Positions 57,032 to 64,000 of a stretch of DNA of 64,000 bases are shown one piece after another. Source of the DNA: Bacteroidales bacterium (GTDB lineage Bacteria > Bacteroidota > Bacteroidia > Bacteroidales > JAUNSR01); the NCBI GenBank assembly GCA_030539115.1, contig JAUNSR010000007.1, positions 14,929 to 78,928 on the forward strand. The letters are read 5' to 3'. The notes under the pieces were generated by a model. It was given only the letters and a program-made list of their open reading frames with translations. It was not told the origin of the DNA and ran no database searches. How positions within the stretch are numbered: the stretch's first letter is position 1; each line of letters opens with the position of its first letter. A program made the position numbers and the translations under genes.

Positions 57032-57928
57032 CTAATATTTAATAAGGTGAATTTTTTCACCACCGCTGTTATTTTCTTTATAGGTTTCAATTATGACATC
57101 TTTATTAAACCATGAGAAGAATTTCTCGGGATCACCTTTAAATATGCTTTTTATAAACATATCATCTTTGTTGTCGTAAGGTTTGTAATTATCTATTTCT
57201 GCTTTATTATAAAAGTCTTTTATGCTGTCATCTGAATCTTTATTAATTTTCTCTTCTATTAAAGAGACTGCCTTAAGGGGATAAAAGTCTTTATCTTCAA
57301 TAGGCCATATTTCATTTAGAGTTTTAATAATATTGCTTGCCAAAAGTCCGTTTTTAAATAAAAGTGTCTTTATGTCTCGTTCTTTTGTTTGGATATCTAC
57401 ATTTGGGTTTCTGAAATGATTGATTATTACATCAATTTCAAGATTAAAATTTCTAAAGGCTATATAAAGGTCATTGATATTTTTAAATTCAATGTCATTA
57501 CCATAAAAAACATCCACATGAATATTTTCCAAAGGAATGGTTAGCTTAATAAAATGCTCTTCGGAAGGATAAGCATCAAAATTAGCTTTTTCAAGCTTTG
57601 TTTTCATTGTATATGTTATTACCATATTTCTATATAGATGCTTGATAAGTTCCTCTAAAAGATTTTTTTGAGCTTCATTAGTTAGTTTTTTTGTGTTTTG
57701 TTCTGTGTTTGATTGAGATAAATATGTTTTTACAGCATAATAAACTGAAATAGCTGTTGCTGCTAATGCAATTATATCCCAAAGACTTAAAGCTTCAAAG
57801 AATCTAAAACTCGTATTCTCTGCTGTTTCATGAGTAAAGTCCTTAATAAAGTTTAAATGCTCGGATGTAATTGGTGAGTTTTCTTCCAATTGAATAAAAA
57901 GAATAGTTGAAAAAAAAGATAATCCCAT
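57032..57928 (-). CDS. hypothetical membrane-anchored protein (no recognisable domain)
   Basis: 298-aa monocistronic ORF with one clear TM helix (LSLWDIIALAATAISVYYAV) and a Lys/Asn/Asp-rich soluble domain. Confidence 0.4.
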   Translation of the reverse strand: MGLSFFSTILFIQLEENSPITSEHLNFIKDFTHETAENTSFRFFEALSLWDIIALAATAISVYYAVKTYLSQSNTEQNTKKLTNEAQKNLLEELIKHLYRNMVITYTMKTKLEKANFDAYPSEEHFIKLTIPLENIHVDVFYGNDIEFKNINDLYIAFRNFNLEIDVIINHFRNPNVDIQTKERDIKTLLFKNGLLASNIIKTLNEIWPIEDKDFYPLKAVSLIEEKINKDSDDSIKDFYNKAEIDNYKPYDNKDDMFIKSIFKGDPEKFFSWFNKDVIIETYKENNSGGEKIHLIKY

Positions 57929-58105
57929 AAATTTAGATTTTAGTTAATAAGCGTGATGAATAGCTAATGTTTGTCACATATAATTATACAATTGTAGTAA
58001 TTATTAATAATATTATTTGCAAAAACAGTGAAATTTGTGGAATATTGCAGGATAATTACGTAATCGTAAGTTTTAATTTAATGAATAATACCTTAGAATA
58101 AATTT

Positions 58106-59284
58106 ATGAGAAAACACATTTTAATGAAGAGATTATTTATCATTCTCTTTGGATTCATTCTTTTAATTAATTGCAAATTTTCTTATTCACATAATAATGT
58201 AATTAATAATTCTCCTGAAACTAATAGTAATGAAGTATTGATAAAAAACTTTCATCCCGGGGAGATATGGACTGATATGAATGGAAAACATATCAATGCC
58301 CATGGAGGAGGTGTTATTTTTTATGAAGGAAAATATTATTGGATAGGCGAACACAAAGATTCAGGCACTTCAAATGCTTTGGCAGGGATAAGAATGTATT
58401 CTTCGGAGGATTTATATAATTGGAAAGATGAAGGTATTGTTTTAGCAGTTGATCCGGAAAACAGTGGAAGCGATATAGAGAAAGGTTGCATTATGGAAAG
58501 ACCTAAAGTTGTCTATAATAAGAAAACAGGGAAGTTTGTAATATGGTTTCATCTTGAATTAAAGAATAAGGGTTATAAAGCAGCGAGATATGCAGTGGCA
58601 ACAAGTGATAAAATAACCGGTCCATATAGAATGGAATATTCGGCTCGCTCTTGTAAAGATATTTGGCCGTTAAATATGAGCTTAAAGGAAAGAAGTGAGG
58701 CCATTAAAAGCTTCCAAGATAAAGAAGAGTCAGGAAAAGAAAATTCTGTTCTTAAAGGGAAATTTGTAGCAAGAGATTTAAAAGAGGGTCAAATGTCAAG
58801 AGATATGACAATATTTGTAGATGATGATGGTAAAGCATATCATATTTTTTCTTCTGAAGAAAATGCCACCCTTCATATTGCTGAATTGAGTGACGATTAT
58901 TTATATCATTCTGGAAAATGGATAAGAATATTGCCTGGAAGAAGCAATGAAGCCCCGGCAATAATGAAAAAAGATGGAAAATATTGGCTTATAACTTCTG
59001 GATGTACAGGCTGGGCTCCTAATAAAGCCCGTCTTGCTGTTTCAGAATCTATTTGGGGCCCTTGGAAAGAACTTCCTAACCCTTGTCGCGGTCTTAATGC
59101 TGAAAAAACATTCAATGGACAAAGCACATATATCTTAAAAGTTGAAGGAAAGAAAGATTCATGGATATTTATGGCGGATATATGGAAACCGGAAAACCAA
59201 CTTGATTCAAGATATATTTGGCTTCCAATAGAATTTGAAAACAATGTTCCTGTAATTAATTGGAATGATGAATGGGGATTATAA
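58106..59284 (+). CDS. glycoside hydrolase family 43 protein (lipoprotein)
   Basis: Lipobox LLINC. GH43 five-bladed propeller motifs (..HGGGVIFYEGKYYWIGE.., ERPKVVYN, DMTIFVDDDGKAYH, NEAPAIMKKDGKYWLITSG). Confidence 0.8.
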   Translation: MRKHILMKRLFIILFGFILLINCKFSYSHNNVINNSPETNSNEVLIKNFHPGEIWTDMNGKHINAHGGGVIFYEGKYYWIGEHKDSGTSNALAGIRMYSSEDLYNWKDEGIVLAVDPENSGSDIEKGCIMERPKVVYNKKTGKFVIWFHLELKNKGYKAARYAVATSDKITGPYRMEYSARSCKDIWPLNMSLKERSEAIKSFQDKEESGKENSVLKGKFVARDLKEGQMSRDMTIFVDDDGKAYHIFSSEENATLHIAELSDDYLYHSGKWIRILPGRSNEAPAIMKKDGKYWLITSGCTGWAPNKARLAVSESIWGPWKELPNPCRGLNAEKTFNGQSTYILKVEGKKDSWIFMADIWKPENQLDSRYIWLPIEFENNVPVINWNDEWGL

Positions 59285-59328
59285 AAGATTAGTTTTATGA
59301 TATCATTAAAAGATTAAATTTTTTTTAT

Positions 59329-59359
59329 ATTCGCCAATTATGTAAATAGTTGGCGAATT
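59329..59359. terminator. bidirectional hairpin between convergent genes
   Basis: ATTCGCCAA-N12-TTGGCGAAT. Confidence 0.6.
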
Positions 59360-59418
59360 AGTTTCTAACTATCTTGTAAATACAATTCTAAAGAAAATGG
59401 GATTTATTGACAATTTTA

Positions 59419-60339
59419 TTATAAACTGGTTGGAACAAGATAGTTCTTTTTATATTCAATCGGTGAGCATCCGGTAATTTCATGAAAAACTCTTGTAAAA
59501 TGATACCTATTGGCAAAGCCGGTCTTTTCTGTAATCATTTCTATACTATAATTTGTATGCAAAAGAAAAAGACAAGCTTTTTTTATCTTTTTATTTTTAA
59601 TAAATTTCTGAATTGTTATTCCCGTTTCCTCTTTAAATAGCCTTGCAAAGGCATTTGTAGCCATATATGTCATCTGAGCTAATTCTTCATTTGAAATATT
59701 CCTGTCAAGATTGTTTTCAATGAAACTTATAGCTTTTCCCACTCTCTCATCTTTGTAAGAATTATTCCAAATGTTTGAATCCATTTTAAAAAACAATTCT
59801 AATATTAAGGATTGAACAGCCATAAACAAGGAAAAATCTATTTTCTCAGCTTGTTTTGATAGGCTTTTGCAGATAAAATCGACTTTTGTTTTAAGATAAT
59901 CTTCAAGTTCAAAGACAAAAATCTGAGGCTTTATATTATCATAAGGATAACCAACAGTGAAATGAATAAAAAGATGCTCGATAAAATCATCTTTTTTAAA
60001 ATTATTTGTTAGTTCGGAAGAGAGGTCAGAGATTCTTCCACCATTTAAAACATAAGATGACTTAGGTATAGAATGATTGAAAAGATGAGATGAATAGCTT
60101 GTATTTGGTGCTATTAAATAAACATGATTTGGAAGCATCTCATATTCAATATTATCATATTTTATAAATCCACCTTTTTTCGAATTATAATAAACTCTCC
60201 AAAAAGGGAAATCAAGCTGTGGATATTCCCAGTTTTTTAACCACCAATATCTACAACAAAGAAGTTGAAGATTAAACTTAGGAAAATATTGAACTAATTC
60301 AGAAGGATCTCCTTTATATGTCTCTTTATTATCTTTCAC
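59419..60339 (-). CDS. AraC-family transcriptional regulator
   Basis: C-terminal HTH (..MITEKTGFANRYHFTRVFHEITGCSPIEYKK). Divergent from fucI. Confidence 0.85.
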   Translation of the reverse strand: MKDNKETYKGDPSELVQYFPKFNLQLLCCRYWWLKNWEYPQLDFPFWRVYYNSKKGGFIKYDNIEYEMLPNHVYLIAPNTSYSSHLFNHSIPKSSYVLNGGRISDLSSELTNNFKKDDFIEHLFIHFTVGYPYDNIKPQIFVFELEDYLKTKVDFICKSLSKQAEKIDFSLFMAVQSLILELFFKMDSNIWNNSYKDERVGKAISFIENNLDRNISNEELAQMTYMATNAFARLFKEETGITIQKFIKNKKIKKACLFLLHTNYSIEMITEKTGFANRYHFTRVFHEITGCSPIEYKKNYLVPTSL

Positions 60340-60361
60340 AATCTAATGTTTGTTTTAGATA

Positions 60362-60369
60362 CAAATATA
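60362..60369 (-). promoter_or_regulatory. candidate -7 box (TATATTTG on the minus strand) of the AraC gene
   Basis: The + strand reads CAAATATA, 23 nt upstream of the ATG at 60339. Confidence 0.4.
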
Positions 60370-60404
60370 TATGTTTTGGATATTTATATTGCATTATCTC
60401 TCAG

Positions 60405-60412
60405 TAACTTTG
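60405..60412 (+). promoter_or_regulatory. candidate -7 box (TAACTTTG) for fucI
   Basis: The only TAnnTTTG match I found upstream of fucI. It would place both AFSR units inside a 5' leader of about 290 nt. Confidence 0.3.
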
Positions 60413-60520
60413 TCTCAGAAATAAAAAACACAGAATAATATATAGATATATTTTTATTCAAAATAGTTAATTGTCATTTTTAGTGACATAAAATGATTTT
60501 AAAATAAAAACAATATATAA

Positions 60521-60711
60521 CTGCCATAGCTCACCTAAAGGTGAAATACCAAATAAAAGGTATATAAATGGCGCATTTGTACCTTAATGAAAATAATATA
60601 AAAATACACAAATGAAACCGCCATAACTCACCTAAAGGTGAAATACCAAATAAAAGGTATATAAATGGCGCATTTGTACCTTAATGAAAATAATATAAAA
60701 ATACACAAATG
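60521..60711 (+). repeat. AFSR tandem array H: two units of 97 bp; the second unit ends in the fucI start codon
   Basis: The ATGs at 60612 and 60709 are 97 bp apart. The units are identical except at their 5' ends (CTGCCATAGC versus CCGCCATAAC). Confidence 0.95.
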
Positions 60712-62484
60712 AAAAAACATCCTAAAATTGGTATTCGCCCTACAATAGATGGTCGTCAGGGTGCTCTTCAAGTAAGAGAATCTCTTGAAGAACAAACAAT
60801 GAATATGGCTAAATCTGCAGCTAAACTATTCACAGATAATTTAAAATATTCAGATGGTTCTCCAGTTGAAGTCGTAATTTCAGATACAACGATAGGTCGA
60901 GTTGGGGAAGCTGCAGCTTGTGCAGAAAAGTTTAGAAAAGAGGGAGTTGACATAACCTTAACTGTTACTCCTTGCTGGTGTTATGGCTCTGAAACAATGG
61001 ATATGGATAAATTGACAATAAAAGGAGTTTGGGGATTTAATGGAACCGAACGTCCCGGCGCTGTTTATCTTGCTGCTGTTCTTGCGGGGCATGCACAAAA
61101 AGGTCTTCCTGCTTTCGGTATTTATGGACATGATGTTCAAAATGCAGACGATACTTCTATTCCTAATGATGTGCAAGAGAAACTTCTTCGTTTTGGTAGA
61201 GCCGCCATTGCTGTTGCCCAAATGAGAGGACAATCTTATCTTCAGATTGGCTCTATTTGTATGGGGATTGCCGGTTCTATAATAAATCCGGAATTTATTG
61301 AAGAATATCTTGGTATGAGAGTTGAATCGGTTGATGAAGTTGAAATAATTCGTCGCATGACTGAAGGCATATATGATAAAGCCGAATTTGAAAAAGCATT
61401 GGCTTGGACAAAAGAAAAATGTAAAGAAGGTGTCGATAAGAATCCTATAGAATTGCAAAAATCTCCGGAACAAAAAGAGAAAAATTGGGAGTTTGTTGTA
61501 AAGATGATGATAATTATCAAAGATCTTATGCATGGAAATCCTGATCTTCCAAAGGGTTGTGAAGAGGAAAAAATAGGACATAATGCTATTGCTGCAGGTT
61601 TTCAAGGACAAAGACAATGGACAGACTTTTATCCCAATGCTGATTATCCCGAAGCTCTTTTAAACACTTCTTTTGATTGGAATGGAGCAAGAGAACCTTT
61701 TATTTTAGCAACAGAAAATGATACTCTTAATGGATTGGGTATGTTGTTTATGAAGCTACTTACCAATCGTGCTCAGATGTTTGCCGATGTTCGTACTTAT
61801 TGGAGTGGTGATGCTGTAAAGAAAGCAACAGGATATGAAATTGAGGGAAAAGCTAAAGAAGCTGACGGCTTTATTCACTTGATTAATTCAGGAGCTTGTT
61901 GTTTGGATGCTTGTGGAGAAGTAAAAGATGAAAATGGTAATGGTGTGATTAAACCATGGTATGAAATGACCAAGGATGATCAAAATAAAGTAATGGATTC
62001 TGTTGAATGGTGTGCTGCTGATTGTGGCTATTTTAGAGGTGCAGGTTATTCTTCAAGGTTTATTACAAGAGCAGAAATGCCGGCTACTATGATTCGTTTA
62101 AATCTTGTAAAAGGACTTGGCCCAGTTCTACAAATTGCTGAAGGATGGACCATTAATCTTCCGGATAATGTTTCTGATATTCTTTGGAAAAGAACTGATT
62201 ATACTTGGCCTTGTACTTGGTTCGCTCCTCGCATAACAGGAAAAGGCGCTTTTAAATCAGCTTATGATATGATGAATAATTGGGGCGCAAACCATGGCGC
62301 AATTAGTTACGGTCATATAGGAGCTGATTTAATTACTCTTTGTTCTATTCTTCGAATTCCCGTATGTATGCATAATATTGAAGAAAAAGATATTTTCCGT
62401 CCTGCTTCATGGAATGCTTTTGGAATGGATAAAGAGGGACAGGACTATCGTGCATGCAAAAATTATGGACCTTTATATAAATGA
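60709..62484 (+). CDS. fucI: L-fucose isomerase
   Basis: [35 protein letters not shown]... is collinear with E. coli FucI through the C-terminal ..[13 protein letters not shown]. Confidence 0.95.
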   Translation: MKKHPKIGIRPTIDGRQGALQVRESLEEQTMNMAKSAAKLFTDNLKYSDGSPVEVVISDTTIGRVGEAAACAEKFRKEGVDITLTVTPCWCYGSETMDMDKLTIKGVWGFNGTERPGAVYLAAVLAGHAQKGLPAFGIYGHDVQNADDTSIPNDVQEKLLRFGRAAIAVAQMRGQSYLQIGSICMGIAGSIINPEFIEEYLGMRVESVDEVEIIRRMTEGIYDKAEFEKALAWTKEKCKEGVDKNPIELQKSPEQKEKNWEFVVKMMIIIKDLMHGNPDLPKGCEEEKIGHNAIAAGFQGQRQWTDFYPNADYPEALLNTSFDWNGAREPFILATENDTLNGLGMLFMKLLTNRAQMFADVRTYWSGDAVKKATGYEIEGKAKEADGFIHLINSGACCLDACGEVKDENGNGVIKPWYEMTKDDQNKVMDSVEWCAADCGYFRGAGYSSRFITRAEMPATMIRLNLVKGLGPVLQIAEGWTINLPDNVSDILWKRTDYTWPCTWFAPRITGKGAFKSAYDMMNNWGANHGAISYGHIGADLITLCSILRIPVCMHNIEEKDIFRPASWNAFGMDKEGQDYRACKNYGPLYK

Positions 62485-62598
62485 TAAATAACCTTTTATT
62501 TAAAATTACTTAGTATAATTATTTTATAATTCATCACAGTTTACAATTAATAAGTAAGAAAATAATTATTATATTAAAAGTGTGTTTAACTTAAACCT

Positions 62599-62634
62599 TA
62601 ATAGGGCAGTCGTGAAGATTGCCCTATTGTTTTA
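62599..62634 (+). terminator. rho-independent terminator of fucI
   Basis: AATAGGGCA-N11-TGCCCTATT followed by GTTTT. Confidence 0.7.
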
Positions 62635-62743
62635 TAATAGAGTATACAAACAGCCTATTTAAATCAGTAAAGGAAATACTCACCACTACTGTTCCTTTAA
62701 TTAATTATTATCAACCCATTTAAATCAGCATAGTGTGATATAT

Positions 62744-64000
62744 TTAATTAGTTATCATTCTGAAATTTACTTTTTTTGTCACCTCATTGTTTGCCTTTTC
62801 AGCAAGTTCTGTGGGTTTAATATTGATTTTACCTTTTATAAATTCAGGAATATTGAACGATTTCATGAATTTGTCATAAAACTCAGGATTCTTTTGAGGA
62901 AGCAGAAAAGGCTTAGAAACATTTCCATTATCATCCAAATAAGCAAAATATATATTTGTATAAAGTCCGTTGTTTCTTCTGCTATTAAACATTATCCAGT
63001 GACTATTGCTGCTCCAAGAATGGTAGCTTTCAGCCTGACTACTATTTATAAGGCTTATATCAATATCTTTATTTGTTTTTAAATCAATAAGCTTCAGATC
63101 AGAATCATTATGCCATATAGAAAAATTGCCATAATTAGATAAAGCATAAAGGAGATATTTGCCATTTGATGAAACTCTTGGAAAGGAGGCACTTCTTTTA
63201 TTTATATAGGCATTATACAAAGTATCTATTATATTGCCGAAAGTTGCTTTATCGGAGTTGAAATCAATAGAATAAAGACTATATTTTGCATCTTTAAAAT
63301 GTTCAGGCATCTTAACCGTGTCTGAAGAGCAAAAATATAACTTTTTGCCATCAGCAGAGAAAGTTGGAAAAGTTTCAAGTTTATCTTTCCTAAAAAGATG
63401 CGGAGTTGTAATAATCTCATGCTTTTCCACATCATAAACCACAACATCCGATTCACTGTCATAAACTTCCACTCTGTTGCTGTCGTTAGAAAGAGTTGTC
63501 AATCTGGTAATATTATTTGAAAAAGCTATAAATTTCCCCTTAGGATGCCAAGATGGATAGACAAGAGGGGAAATAGTCTCTTTAGTTGATGTATTGATTT
63601 TTTCAATTTTCTTCCCATCAGTAATAATCGTACCGGAACATTTTTCTCTTAAATGAAACAACATCTTATTTTGGTTGTTCATACAAAAGGAATGACAATT
63701 CATACATCCAAATCCGGTTGATGAATTCTCTAAAATAGGAATTTCTTTAAAAGATTCTATCTCTCTTTGATAAATTCCCATCTCTCCCCAAGATTCATAT
63801 CCCGGTTCTATTAAGCGATAAACAATAAAAGGGTCTATAGAATCAGTTGAAATATAAAGAAAGAATGGTTTAAATTTAATCCAAGATGAATTGTTTTCAA
63901 TAAAAACTGAAACCATAATCCTTTTGTCATCAATAATTGATGAATCGATAAGTTCTCTCCATCGTTTTATGGGAATGGTAATCTTACCATCTTTGGAATT
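62744..64000 (-). CDS. TolB-like PD40 beta-propeller protein with a CxxCH motif; N-terminus beyond the right edge
   Basis: PD40-like repeats (YPSWHPKGKFIAFS, FPTFSADGKKLYF, PRVSSNGKYLLY, HSWSSNSHWIMF) and CMNCH. The frame stays open from 63916 to 64000 (..KDGKITIPIKRWRELIDSSIIDDKRIMVSV..), so the listed Met is probably internal. Confidence 0.6.
   Translation of the reverse strand, partial: NSKDGKITIPIKRWRELIDSSIIDDKRIMVSVFIENNSSWIKFKPFFLYISTDSIDPFIVYRLIEPGYESWGEMGIYQREIESFKEIPILENSSTGFGCMNCHSFCMNNQNKMLFHLREKCSGTIITDGKKIEKINTSTKETISPLVYPSWHPKGKFIAFSNNITRLTTLSNDSNRVEVYDSESDVVVYDVEKHEIITTPHLFRKDKLETFPTFSADGKKLYFCSSDTVKMPEHFKDAKYSLYSIDFNSDKATFGNIIDTLYNAYINKRSASFPRVSSNGKYLLYALSNYGNFSIWHNDSDLKLIDLKTNKDIDISLINSSQAESYHSWSSNSHWIMFNSRRNNGLYTNIYFAYLDDNGNVSKPFLLPQKNPEFYDKFMKSFNIPEFIKGKINIKPTELAEKANNEVTKKVNFRMITN

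Overview
This is a 64-kb chromosomal segment from a low-GC genome; most hand-counted 60-nt lines are 25-35% GC. It looks like Bacteroidota: no Shine-Dalgarno sequences, TAnnTTTG -7 promoter boxes, lipobox signal peptides, a DUF4286-ruvC pair, and many glycan-degrading enzymes. I support about 56 CDS, 2 pseudogene fragments, 2 adjacent tRNA-Leu genes, about 14 hairpin terminators and several promoter or operator sites. Recognisable genes are nhaD (partial), ruvC, trkH, trkA, metH, htpG, clpC, def and fucI. There are also GH35, GH10, GH43 and BNR enzymes, a MINPP-type histidine phosphatase, an arsR/thioredoxin-like/permease cluster, and a six-gene oxidoreductase cluster next to the tRNAs. The most unusual signal is an unannotated structured repeat of about 97-105 nt, which I call AFSR. 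It has 12 units at 8 loci, including tandem arrays of 3 x 105 bp and 2 x 97 bp. Its 3' boundary is the real ATG of four unrelated genes (fucI, trkA, the phosphatase, a PatB-like lyase). Intact units begin with a 4-codon uORF ending in Pro-stop. The flanking heptamers co-vary within each copy, as a target-site duplication would, and one copy carries a compensatory double change in a long-range pairing. Secondary signals are listed below.
- Two iteron-like arrays share a TATCTTAAG core, one with exact 22-bp phasing.
- A Tat-exported Fe-S aldo/keto reductase is paired with a NapH-NapG-like fused polyferredoxin.
- An acyltransferase-3 domain is fused to a nitroreductase domain, with a decayed nitroreductase copy nearby.
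- A peptide deformylase carries a lipoprotein signal peptide.
- A K+-channel-like protein has a TVGCS filter.
- A (TA)8 tract sits inside a perfect 14-bp inverted repeat.
I found no CRISPR array, rRNA, integrase, transposase or recognisable defence system. All calls come from reading the sequence and from memory of protein families; nothing was searched against a database.
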